DNA of 64,000 nucleotides, from contig CAWJMT010000012.1 of NCBI GenBank assembly GCA_963844035.1, forward strand, positions 1-64,000. The letters are read 5' to 3'. A program made the translations under genes and the position numbers. Positions 49,457 through 58,663 of this stretch are shown piece after piece (positions within the stretch are counted from its first letter, which is position 1; every line of letters starts with the position of its first letter). The notes below the pieces were generated by a model. The model did no database searches. It saw nothing but the letters and a program-made list of their open reading frames with translations, and was not told the origin of the DNA. Origin of the DNA: an uncultured Gemmatimonadales bacterium (GTDB lineage: Bacteria; Gemmatimonadota; Gemmatimonadetes; Gemmatimonadales; GWC2-71-9).

Positions 49457-50197
49457 ATGCCCGACGAACTTCTCGCGCAGATCCGGCGCCACGGAGCCGT
49501 ACCGCACCACGTGGCGATCATCATGGACGGCAGCGGGCGCTGGGCGCGCAAGCGGCGCCTGCCGCGCCCGTTCGGACACCGCGCCGGGATGAAGTCCGTG
49601 CACGAAGTGGTCGAGGGCGCGATCGAGGCCGGTCTCGAGGTGCTCACGCTGTTCGCCTTCTCCAACGAGAACTGGCAGCGGCCCGCCACCGAGATCGACG
49701 CGCTGATGAGTCTGCTCGAGGAATACATCGGTCGCGAGGAAGAAGAGCTCAAGAAACAGGGTGTCGCCGTCCACGTGCTGGGCGAGCGCACGCGGCTCGG
49801 CCCGGGGGCGCGCGCGGCGGTCGAGCGCCTCGAGGGAAACACCCGCGACGGTCAGCGGCTCTCGCTCAACCTCTGCATCTCCTACTCCGCCCGGGCGGAG
49901 CTGGCGCGCGCGGCGCGTCTGCTCGCCGAGGAAGTGGTCCGCGGCACCAAGCGGCTCGAGGACATCGATGAAGAGGCCCTGCGCGAAAAGCTCTACACCG
50001 CGCCGTGGCGCGACCCCGACCTCCTGATCCGCACATCGGGGGAGGCCCGGCTCTCCAATTTCCTGCTGTGGCAGCTCGCGTACACCGAGCTGTACATCTC
50101 GCCCGTGCTGTGGCCGGACGTCACGCGCCACGTGCTGTTTCAGGCGATCCTGGATTATCAACGACGCGAGCGTCGGTTCGGCAAAGTCACGGCCTGA
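49457..50197 (+). CDS. uppS: Undecaprenyl diphosphate synthase
   Basis: HVAIIMDGSGRW, AFSNENW, DLLIRTSGE, SNFLLWQ, RRFG. Confidence 0.95.
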   Translation: MPDELLAQIRRHGAVPHHVAIIMDGSGRWARKRRLPRPFGHRAGMKSVHEVVEGAIEAGLEVLTLFAFSNENWQRPATEIDALMSLLEEYIGREEEELKKQGVAVHVLGERTRLGPGARAAVERLEGNTRDGQRLSLNLCISYSARAELARAARLLAEEVVRGTKRLEDIDEEALREKLYTAPWRDPDLLIRTSGEARLSNFLLWQLAYTELYISPVLWPDVTRHVLFQAILDYQRRERRFGKVTA

Positions 50198-51054
50198 TGT
50201 CTCGCAATCTCCTGGCGCGGATCGCGTTCGCGGTGCCGGCCATCGGACTCACGGTCTTCATCTTGTGGCGCGGCGGGTGGCTGTTGGCGGCCCTGCTCGG
50301 CGCGCTGGGGGTGCTGGGGACGCGCGAGCTGTATGCCTTCGCCCGCCGCCAGGGCATTGCCCCGCTCGATACGCTGGGCTATCTCGGCGCGGCGTGTATC
50401 CCGTTCGCGGCGACCTGGGTGACGGAGACGGACTCGCTGTGGGTCGGCCCGATGCTCGCGCTGGGCGCGCTCTGGCTGCTGGCCGTCCTCATCGCGGCCG
50501 CGGTCCGGGGACCCGAGCACCGGCCGCTCAGCGTCGTCGCCGTCACGGTGTTCGGCTGTCTGTACGCCTCCGCATTGCTCGCGTTCATCATCCCCATACG
50601 GCACGGCATCCACAGCGAGGCGCACCCGTTGGCGTCGACGGCGCTGGTGCTGTTCCCGCTGGTCCTCACCTGGATCGGCGACACCTGCGCGATGGCGGGA
50701 GGGTCGTTGTTCGGGGGCGCGAAGCTGGCCCCGGTGCTGTCGCCGCGTAAGACGTGGTCGGGCGCGGTGGCGGGCGTCGTCGGCGCGCTGGTCGCCGCGC
50801 TGGTGTTCGGGCGCTGGATCCTCACCCGGTTCGCGCTGGACCTTCCCGCGCTGCAGCTGCTCATCATCGGGGTGATCGTCGCCGTGGCGGCGCAGGTGGG
50901 CGACGTGGTCGAGTCGCTCTTCAAGCGCGAAGTGGGCCTCAAGGACTCGTCGGCGCTGATCCCGGGCCACGGCGGCGTGCTCGACCGGCTGGACGCGCTG
51001 TATTTCGTCGTGCCCGTGAGCGCGACGCTCTTCTGGGTGTTCGGCCTCGTATGA
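50197..51054 (+). CDS. cdsA: Phosphatidate cytidylyltransferase
   Basis: SPRKTWSG, GDVVESLFKREVGLKDSSALIPGHGGVLDRLD. Confidence 0.95.
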   Translation: MSRNLLARIAFAVPAIGLTVFILWRGGWLLAALLGALGVLGTRELYAFARRQGIAPLDTLGYLGAACIPFAATWVTETDSLWVGPMLALGALWLLAVLIAAAVRGPEHRPLSVVAVTVFGCLYASALLAFIIPIRHGIHSEAHPLASTALVLFPLVLTWIGDTCAMAGGSLFGGAKLAPVLSPRKTWSGAVAGVVGALVAALVFGRWILTRFALDLPALQLLIIGVIVAVAAQVGDVVESLFKREVGLKDSSALIPGHGGVLDRLDALYFVVPVSATLFWVFGLV

Positions 51055-52180
51055 CCACGGGCGTGGCGGTGCTCGGCTCCACCGGGTCGATCGGCACCTC
51101 GGCGCTGCAGGTGCTCGCCCGCCAGCGCGAGCGCTTCCGGGTGGTCGCCTTGACCGCTCACTCGAATGCCGGCCTGCTCGACCACCAGGCAAAGGAGTGG
51201 CAGCCGGCGTATGTCGGGATCGTCAATGGCGGGACGGGGGACGGGGGACGGGGGAAGGGTACGGCATGCCTTGTGGAAGCCGCCACGCGACCTGACGTTG
51301 ATATTGTCATCAACGGCATCGTGGGTGCGGCCGGGCTCGAGGCGACGCTCGCCGCATTGTGCGCCGGGAAACGGGTGGCGCTCGCCAACAAGGAGAGTCT
51401 GGTGATGGCCGGCGAGCTGGTCACGCGCGCCGCGCGCCAGGGGGGCGGTGAGATCGTACCGGTGGACTCGGAGCACAGCGCCGTGCTGCAGTGTCTCACC
51501 GGGCGCAGGCCCGGCGACGTCGCCAGCCTGACGCTGACCGCCTCTGGGGGCCCGTTCCGCACCTGGACGCCGGAGCGCGTAGCCGACGCCACGATCGAAG
51601 CGGCGCTCCAGCACCCGACGTGGCGGATGGGCCGCAAGATCACGGTGGACTCCGCGACGCTCGTCAACAAGGCCCTCGAGGTGATCGAAGCGCACTACCT
51701 GTTCGGCGTCGAGTACGACCAAGTCAGGGTCGTGGTGCATCCGCAGTCGCTCGTGCACGCGCTGGTCGAGTTCGTGGACGGATCGGTGTTGGCCCAGATC
51801 GGATTTCCAACGATGGAGGTACCGATTCTGTACGCGCTGACCCACCCGGAGCGTGTCCCTGACGACGGCACGCGCCGCTTCGACCCCGTGGCCGCCGAGA
51901 CACTCACCTTCGAGCCGGTGCGCCACGAGCTGTACCCCGCGTACCAGCTGGGGCGCGAGGCGGCGCTCGCCGCGGGGGACGCTGCCGGCGGCGTTCAACG
52001 CGGCGAACGAAGTCGCCGTGCAGCGGTTTCTCGACGGCAAGATCCGCTTCGGCCAGATCGCGCGCATCATCGACGCGGTGCTGACGGACGACGCAGTCGG
52101 GGGACGCTCAGTCCCTGGACGGCGTTCTGGCCGCCGACGCCGAGGCACGGCGGATGGCCTGGGAGGTCGCATGCTCCTGA
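51051..52180 (+). CDS. dxr: 1-deoxy-D-xylulose-5-phosphate reductoisomerase (frameshifts near 51972, 52100)
   Basis: LGSTGSIG, LANKESLV, PVDSEH, HPTWRMGRKITVDSAT, NAANE. Confidence 0.96.
51230..51259. repeat. G-rich heptamer array (SGGGAMG)4 inside dxr
   Basis: CGGGACG GGGGACG GGGGACG GGGGAAG encodes GTGDGGRGKG. Confidence 0.9.
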
Positions 52181-53535
52181 CGATCGTTTCGCTCGTCGTC
52201 GTCCTCGGCGTGCTGATCTTCGTGCACGAGGCCGGCCACTTCATCGCCGCCAAGGCGATGGGGATCCAGGTGCTGCGCTTCTCGCTCGGCTTTGGGAGGC
52301 CGCTCGTGCTGGTGCGGCGGGGCGAGACGGAGTACTGCATCTGTTGGATTCCGCTCGGCGGCTACGTGAAGATGGCGGGCCTCGAGGACGAGGGAATCGC
52401 GGGCGAGCTCGAGGGGGGCGCGGGCGCGGTCCCCGTGGATCCGGAGCGCGCGTTCGACCGGAAGCCGGTCTGGAAGCGGATGGTGGTGATCCTCGCCGGG
52501 CGTCACGATGAACGCGATCTTCGCGTTCGTGGTGTACACCGCGCTCGCCTACCAGGGCACGCTGCAGGCGGACCGGCTCGCAACCACCGCGGTGGACAGC
52601 GTGCGGGCGAGCGAGCTGCCGCCGCAGGCCGCGGAGCTCGCGACGCTGCCGCGGGGGAGCCGGATCGTCACGGTGAACGGCGATTCCGCTGTCAACGTGG
52701 GGTGAGCTGCTCGAGCGGCTCGTCGATCGCACCGAGCCCGATCCGGCTCGAGGTCGCCGGGCGCGCCGAGCCAATCGTGCTGACGCTGGCGCAGGATGAC
52801 ACCGCCGCGCGCATGCAGCTCGCGCGGGGGCTGACGGTCTTCCTTCCGCCCGTCGCGGCGCAGGTCACGCCGGGAGGCCCGGGCGATCGCGCGGGGTTCA
52901 AGCCCGGGGATCGCATCCTGCGCATCAACGACGATACGATGGCATCGTGGACAGACTTTGCCCGCACGGTGCGCGACCGTCCCGAGCAGGAGATCGTGGT
53001 CGCCGTGGCGCGTGGGGGGCAGCGCGAGGTGCTGCACGTGGTGCCCGAGCGGCGGGTCGAGACCGATCCCGAAACGAAGCAGGAGCGGGTGTTCGGGCTG
53101 GTGGGTCTGGTCGCGGAGCATCCGGTGCTCAAGGCCCCCGGCGCACTCGGAGCGCTGCGGCTCGGCTGGCGGGAAACGATGTCGCGCACGGGCATGATCC
53201 TGCAGTTCCTGCGCAGCCCGCGGGTGCAAGAGCTGGGTGGGCCCCTCACCATCGGCCAGGTGTCGGGTCAGGCCGCGCGCGTGGGGCTCAGCGCATTCCT
53301 GGCCTTCATGGCGCTCCTGTCGCTCAACCTCGCAGTGCTGAACCTGCTCCCGATTCCGATCCTCGACGGTGGGCAGGTCGTGTTCCTGGTGGCGGAGGCG
53401 GTGCGCCGCCGGCCGCTCTCGGTGCAGCTCCGCGCCCGGCTCACGCAGGTGGGCTTCTTCGTGCTGGTCGGCATCATGCTGCTCGCGCTGCGCAACGACG
53501 TCCTGCGCGTGTTCCCCCATGTCTTCTCCCGTTAG
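52171..53535 (+). CDS. rseP: RIP metalloprotease RseP (frameshifts near 52500, 52700)
   Basis: HEAGH, IPLGGYVKM, PDZ domains, NLLPIPILDGG. Confidence 0.94.
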   Translation: MLLTIVSLVVVLGVLIFVHEAGHFIAAKAMGIQVLRFSLGFGRPLVLVRRGETEYCICWIPLGGYVKMAGLEDEGIAGELEGGAGAVPVDPERAFDRKPVWKRMVVILAGRHDERDLRVRGVHRARLPGHAAGGPARNHRGGQRAGERAAAAGRGARDAAAGEPDRHGERRFRCQRGVSCSSGSSIAPSPIRLEVAGRAEPIVLTLAQDDTAARMQLARGLTVFLPPVAAQVTPGGPGDRAGFKPGDRILRINDDTMASWTDFARTVRDRPEQEIVVAVARGGQREVLHVVPERRVETDPETKQERVFGLVGLVAEHPVLKAPGALGALRLGWRETMSRTGMILQFLRSPRVQELGGPLTIGQVSGQAARVGLSAFLAFMALLSLNLAVLNLLPIPILDGGQVVFLVAEAVRRRPLSVQLRARLTQVGFFVLVGIMLLALRNDVLRVFPHVFSR

Positions 53536-53919
53536 GCGCGAGCTGGAGGAGTACGTCGCGGGGCGGGGTGGCGAGGCGCGGCTCGTGAGCAGCGGTGATG
53601 GATGCCTACTACCGGGATGGGGGAAGCGGGAAGAGGGAAGCGTTGCGTCCGCTGATCGATGTGATTGAGCGGGCGGCGCCGGGCGTCGTCGAGCTCGCGG
53701 CGGCGGGTGACACGCCGGGGTTCCGGGTGCGCCTCGCCGAGCGCCCGTTCCCGGAGCGGTACGCAGAACGACCTGCGCGCCGCGGCTGGCATGGCGTTGC
53801 AGGCGTGGGGGGCGGAAGCTCCTGCATCCCCTCCACCACCTCCACCTCCTCCATCCCCTCCCAATCGGGGCCTGCTCCAACGCGTGCTGGGCGTTATCCG
53901 GCGCTGGTTCGGCGAATAA
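53519..53919 (+). CDS. Hypothetical protein with Pro-rich linker and amphipathic C-terminus (two frameshifts)
   Basis: Coding signal stitched from ORFs 53369.., 53595.., 53665..53919. Confidence 0.5.
53613..53642. repeat. G-rich heptamer array (NGGGAWG)4
   Basis: CGGGATG GGGGAAG CGGGAAG AGGGAAG. Confidence 0.8.
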
Positions 53920-54856
53920 TCGCGGCGACGAGCAGGGCGATCAGGATCACCGCGGCGGCGATCAGCCCCCACGTTCGGCGGGAGTGTGGCACGGTCCCGA
54001 TCGACGATGTCGAACGCCGGTCGGGGGAGCGCGCCGTCGCTCAGGTCCGCGGCGAGCTCCGCGGCGGTCTGGTAGCGGTCGTCGGGGTGCTTGGCAAGGC
54101 ACTTGGCGACCACCCGCTCGAAGCGCTTGGACAACTCGGGCCGTTTGCGGCGCACCGAGGGCGGAGAATCCTCGACATGCATGCGCGCCAGCTCGAACCA
54201 GTGCGCGTGCGCAAACGGCACCTCCCCCGTCGCGGCCTTATAGAGGGTCACGCCCAGCGCGTAGAAATCGGCGCGTTGGTCCATGGCGCCGCCCAGCGCC
54301 TGCTCGGGCGAGAGGTATTGCGGCGTGCCGATCGTCATGTTCACGCCGGTCGAGGCGACGTAACCCGACACCGCGCGCGCGATCCCGAAGTCGGCGATCA
54401 CCGCCTCCCCATCGGAGCGGAGCAGGATGTTGTCGGGTTTCAGGTCGCGGTGGATGAGTCCCGCCTGATGGGCGAAGCCGAGGCCCGCTCGCGATGCCCA
54501 AGGCGATACGGAGGATGTCGGCTTCGGGGAGGGGGCCCTCGCGCGCCAGCCGTGCGCTCAAGCTGTCGGGGCAAAGGTCCATGGCGAAGTAGACGTGGGC
54601 GCCTGCTTTGGCGACGGAGCGGATGCGAATGATGTTGGGGTGCTCCAGGCGGGCGGCGGTCTCGCTTTCGTTGCGGAACCGGGCTTCGAACGAGGGCGTC
54701 CCCGGCGTAGAGCGGCTTCAGGACCTTCACCGCGACCGGCGTCCCGTCGATTTCGCGGCCCACGAACACCCACGCCACCCCTCCCTGGCCGATCAGGCGC
54801 TCGAGGTAGTAGGGGCCAAGGGACTGACCCACGAGATCGGTGGGCGCGCCGGTCAT
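53894..54856 (-). CDS. Hanks-type Ser/Thr protein kinase with C-terminal TM helix (frameshifts)
   Basis: IGQGGVAWVF, VAVKVL, HRDLKPDN, ADFGIAR, GTPQYLSPEQ; hydrophobic tail LIAAAVILIALLVAAII. Confidence 0.9.
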
Positions 54857-54946
54857 GGATTCGGGGCTTTACAAAAGTGGCTACGGTCCGTCTAACTTAG
54901 TGCGCTCACGATAATTAGGGAACTGCAATTAGGGAAACGCAACCAG

Positions 54947-55204
54947 ATGTACGATAAAGCGACGCCAGTCACGAAGTATCGGCAGCATGAGCGGGACACG
55001 GGCTCTGCCCCCGTCCAGATCGCGCTGCTCACCGAGCGAATCAACAGCCTCACCGGTCACTTCCGGTCCCACGCCAAGGATTACCACGGGCAACGCGGCT
55101 TGCTGCGAATGGTCAGCAAGCGGCGGCGGTTGCTCGAGTACCTGAAGCGCACCGACCTGGAGCGCTATCGGAAGCTGCTCGAGGCGCTGGGTCTCCGCCA
55201 CTAA
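54947..55204 (+). CDS. rpsO: 30S ribosomal protein S15
   Basis: [33 protein letters not shown]; upstream of pnp. Confidence 0.97.
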   Translation: MYDKATPVTKYRQHERDTGSAPVQIALLTERINSLTGHFRSHAKDYHGQRGLLRMVSKRRRLLEYLKRTDLERYRKLLEALGLRH

Positions 55205-55224
55205 TGCAACAGCAGGCGTCGCGT

Positions 55225-55264
55225 CCGGCGCCCCGGAAGAGCACCGGGGCGCTGGGCGTGTTTT
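55225..55264 (+). terminator. Hairpin/terminator between rpsO and pnp
   Basis: CCGGCGCCCCGG-AAGAGCA-CCGGGGCGCTGG followed shortly by TTTT. Confidence 0.55.
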
Positions 55265-55294
55265 CATATGCTCAAGACAGGTGAAGGTGAAATA

Positions 55295-57391
55295 GTGAAG
55301 CGTGTAGAGAAGAGTTTTGCGGGGCGCACGCTCCGCATGGAGACCGGGCGGTTGGCCAAGCAGGCCGCCGGCTCGTGTCTGATTCAGTTTGGCGAAACGG
55401 TGGTCCTCGCCGTCGTGACCGTGTCCGACAATGTGTCCACCCTGCCGTTCTTTCCGTTGACCGTCGAGTATCGCGAGAAGAGCTACGCCGCCGGCAAGAT
55501 TCCGGGCGGCTTCCTGAAGCGTGAAGGCCGTCCCTCGGACGATGAGATCCTCGCGGGACGCGTGATCGACCGGTCCACCCGGCCCCTGTTTCCCGAGGGG
55601 TTCAAGAACGAAGTCCAGATCTTCGTCTACATCCTCTCGGCGGACCAGGAAAACGATGCGGACGTGCTCGGGGTGACGGCGGCCTCCGCGGCGCTGTCCG
55701 TCTCGCGGATTCCGTGGAACGGCCCGATTGCGGCGGTGCGTGTCGGCCGCGTGGAAGGTGCCTGGATCCTCAATCCCACGTTCCAGCAGCTCGAGTTCTC
55801 GGACGTGGACCTCACCGTCTCGGGCTCGCGCGATTCGATCGTGATGGTCGAGGGCGGTGCGCTGGAGCTGAGCGAGGCGGAGGTGGTCAAGGGCCTCGAG
55901 GTGGCGCACAAAGGCATCCGCGAGCTGATCGACGCGGCGAACGAGCTGGTGGCCGAGGTGCGCCAGCCGAAGATGCAGTGGACCAAGGCCGAGCCCCCCG
56001 CGGCGCTGGTCGCGCGGGTGAAGGAAGTGGCTGAGCGGCGGGTCGTCGACGCGTTGAACCGCCCAGTGAAGGCGGAGCGCGCGCAGGCGATCGGCGCCGT
56101 CAAGGCGGCCACGCAGGAGGAGCTCGCGACCGAGTTCCCCGAGAACGGCAAGGACATTGCCGCGCTCATCGAGGACGTCGAGTATCGCACGATGCGGGAG
56201 CAGGTCCTCACCACCAGCGAGCGGGTGGATGGTCGTGATCTCGACACCGTGCGGCCGATCGCGTGCGAAGTCCCGATGTTGCCGCGCGCTCACGGCTCGG
56301 CTCTGTTCACGCGTGGCCAGACGCAGGCGCTGGTGTCGGTCACGCTCGGCACGGTGAGCGACGAGCAGCGCATCGATTCGATCGACGTGGCGCAGGAGAC
56401 GACGAAGTCGTTCATGCTGCACTACAACTTTCCGCCGTTCTCGACCGGCGAAGTGCGGCCGATCCGCGGCACGTCGCGGCGCGAAGTCGGGCACGGGGCG
56501 CTGGCGGAACGCGCTCTCCAGGCGCTGCTGCCGCCCTACGACCAGTTTCCCTACACGATCCGTATCGTCTCGGAGATCCTCGAGTCGAACGGCTCGTCGT
56601 CGATGGCCACGGTGTGCGGCGGGTCGCTCGCGCTGTTCGACGCGGGCGTGCCGCTGAAGGCGTCGTGCGCCGGCGTCGCCATGGGGCTGATCAAAGAGGG
56701 TGAGCGTGTGGCCGTGCTGACCGACATTCTCGGATCCGAAGACCACCTGGGCGACATGGACTTCAAGGTCGCCGGCACGCGCGAAGGCGTGACCTCGATC
56801 CAGATGGACATCAAGATCGAAGGGCTCGACTTCAAGATCATCAGTGAAGCGCTCGAGAAGGCGAAGAAGGCCCGGTTGCACATTCTCGATGTCATGGAAC
56901 AGACCATGGCGCAGCCGCGCACCGAGATGTCCAAGTACGCGCCGCGCATCATCACGATCCAGATCCGCCCGGACAAGATCGGCGACATCATCGGACCCAA
57001 GGGGAAGGTGATTCGCGGGATCCAGGAGCAGACCGGCGCCGAGATCAACGTGGACGACACGGGGCTCGTGACGATCTCCGCCGTGGGCGAGGGCGGCGAG
57101 CAGGCCCGCGCCATGATCGCCGGAATCGTGCAGGATCCGGAAGTGGGTCGCATCTACGAAGGCGTGGTCAAGAGTACGACCGCGTTCGGCGCGTTCGTCG
57201 AGATCACCCCCGGCGTCGAGGGGCTGTTGCACATCTCCGAGCTGCAGCACGGGCGCACCGAGAAGACCGAAGACGTGGTCAAGAAGGGCGACCGGGTCAA
57301 GGTGAAGCTGCTCGAGGTGGATGAGCGCGGGCGGATGCGGTTGTCCCGCAAGGCGCTGCTCGACAACGGAGACTCCGCGGGTAAGCGGTGA
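55295..57391 (+). CDS. pnp: Polyribonucleotide nucleotidyltransferase
   Basis: ETGRLAKQA, FFPLTVEY, RRE.GHG, ESNGSSSMA, GDMDFKVAG, KH and S1 domains. Confidence 0.98.
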   Translation: MKRVEKSFAGRTLRMETGRLAKQAAGSCLIQFGETVVLAVVTVSDNVSTLPFFPLTVEYREKSYAAGKIPGGFLKREGRPSDDEILAGRVIDRSTRPLFPEGFKNEVQIFVYILSADQENDADVLGVTAASAALSVSRIPWNGPIAAVRVGRVEGAWILNPTFQQLEFSDVDLTVSGSRDSIVMVEGGALELSEAEVVKGLEVAHKGIRELIDAANELVAEVRQPKMQWTKAEPPAALVARVKEVAERRVVDALNRPVKAERAQAIGAVKAATQEELATEFPENGKDIAALIEDVEYRTMREQVLTTSERVDGRDLDTVRPIACEVPMLPRAHGSALFTRGQTQALVSVTLGTVSDEQRIDSIDVAQETTKSFMLHYNFPPFSTGEVRPIRGTSRREVGHGALAERALQALLPPYDQFPYTIRIVSEILESNGSSSMATVCGGSLALFDAGVPLKASCAGVAMGLIKEGERVAVLTDILGSEDHLGDMDFKVAGTREGVTSIQMDIKIEGLDFKIISEALEKAKKARLHILDVMEQTMAQPRTEMSKYAPRIITIQIRPDKIGDIIGPKGKVIRGIQEQTGAEINVDDTGLVTISAVGEGGEQARAMIAGIVQDPEVGRIYEGVVKSTTAFGAFVEITPGVEGLLHISELQHGRTEKTEDVVKKGDRVKVKLLEVDERGRMRLSRKALLDNGDSAGKR

Positions 57392-58662
57392 GCGAGACGG
57401 TCCAGCTCGACCGGGAGATATTCCAGACAAAGGGCGCCAACGGCCTCACCGTGATGTCGGAGCGGGTGGCCACCGTCCGCTCGGCGGCCGTCGGGGTGTG
57501 GGTGCGGACGGCGAGCGTCCACGAAACGCGCGCCAAGATGGGCGTGTCGCACCTGCTCGAGCACATGGTGTTCAAGGGGACGGAAAAGCGCACGGCGCAG
57601 CAGCTGGCGCTGGCGCTCGAGTCCCGGGGCGGTTCGCTCGACGCCTACACCTCCCGGGACACGACGGCGTTCCACGCCCGGGTGCTCGACGCGGACCTGC
57701 CGCTCGCGCTCGACGTGCTGACCGACCTGGTGCGCCGTCCGGTGCTGCGCGACAGCGATCTCGACCTCGAGCGGAACGTGGTGCTCGAAGAGATCAACGT
57801 CGTCGAAGACACCCCCGACGACCAGGTGTTCGACCTTTCCTCCGGGCTGCTCTGGCCCGACCACCCCTACGGCTACTCGATCCTCGGCACGCGCGCGTCC
57901 GTGAGCGCGCTCGCCGCGGCCGACCTGAAGGACCTGCACGATCGCGCCTACTTCCCCGGCAACTGCGTGATCTCGGCCGCGGGCAACATCGAGCATGCGC
58001 GTCTGCTGGAGGAGCTGGAGCGGCAGGGGTGGTTCGATCACCCGGCCGGGAACGGGTCGCCGCAGGCGCTCGAGATCGAGCCGGTGCCGGCCGCGGTGCG
58101 GGGCATGGAGCTGCGGCAGCCGCGCGACTCGGCCCAGACCCACATCGTGATCGCGACCGACTCAGTGCCCTACGCCGACCCGCGCCGCTACGCCGTCATG
58201 GTGCTCGCCAACGTGTTCGGCGGGGGCATGTCGAGCAGGCTGTTTCAGCGGATTCGGGAGGAGCTCGGGCTCGCCTACGCCGTGTACGCGTTCACCTCGC
58301 TGTACCGCCACGTCGGCGTGATGGGGGTGTACGTTGGCACCCAGCCCAAGACCGCCGAGCAGGCGGCCGAGGCGATTCGCGAGGAATACGCCAAGCTCGC
58401 GCGTGAAGGTTTGAGCGGCGACGCGCTCGCCGAGGCGAAGCAACAGACCCAGGGACAGCTGGTGCTGTCGCTCGAGAGCCCGTCGGCGCGCATGTACCGC
58501 CTGGCCGGCTTTCCGGTGTACGGCGCCCGATACCAGGGGCTCGACCAGGCGCTCGCCGCCGTCGCGAGCCTGACGCCGGAAGACATGCTGGCGGCCGCCG
58601 GGGAGTTCTTCGATCCCCAGCGTCAGACCGCGGTCTGGCTCGGACCCGCGAACCCGTCGTAG
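57388..58662 (+). CDS. M16 family zinc peptidase
   Basis: HLLEHMVFKGT, GGGMSSRLFQRIREELGLAY. Confidence 0.94.
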   Translation: MSETVQLDREIFQTKGANGLTVMSERVATVRSAAVGVWVRTASVHETRAKMGVSHLLEHMVFKGTEKRTAQQLALALESRGGSLDAYTSRDTTAFHARVLDADLPLALDVLTDLVRRPVLRDSDLDLERNVVLEEINVVEDTPDDQVFDLSSGLLWPDHPYGYSILGTRASVSALAAADLKDLHDRAYFPGNCVISAAGNIEHARLLEELERQGWFDHPAGNGSPQALEIEPVPAAVRGMELRQPRDSAQTHIVIATDSVPYADPRRYAVMVLANVFGGGMSSRLFQRIREELGLAYAVYAFTSLYRHVGVMGVYVGTQPKTAEQAAEAIREEYAKLAREGLSGDALAEAKQQTQGQLVLSLESPSARMYRLAGFPVYGARYQGLDQALAAVASLTPEDMLAAAGEFFDPQRQTAVWLGPANPS

Positions 58663-58663
58663 C

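Noticed and set aside
7732..52180. Mass pseudogenisation or programmed frameshifting in pheT, rplM, rpsB, tsf, frr, dxr and others
   Set aside because: Essential genes with intact motifs on both sides of single indels and no consistent slippery sites; sequencing error is much simpler
53821..53862. C-rich tract as a member of the repeat system
   Set aside because: Period 3, encoding a poly-Pro linker
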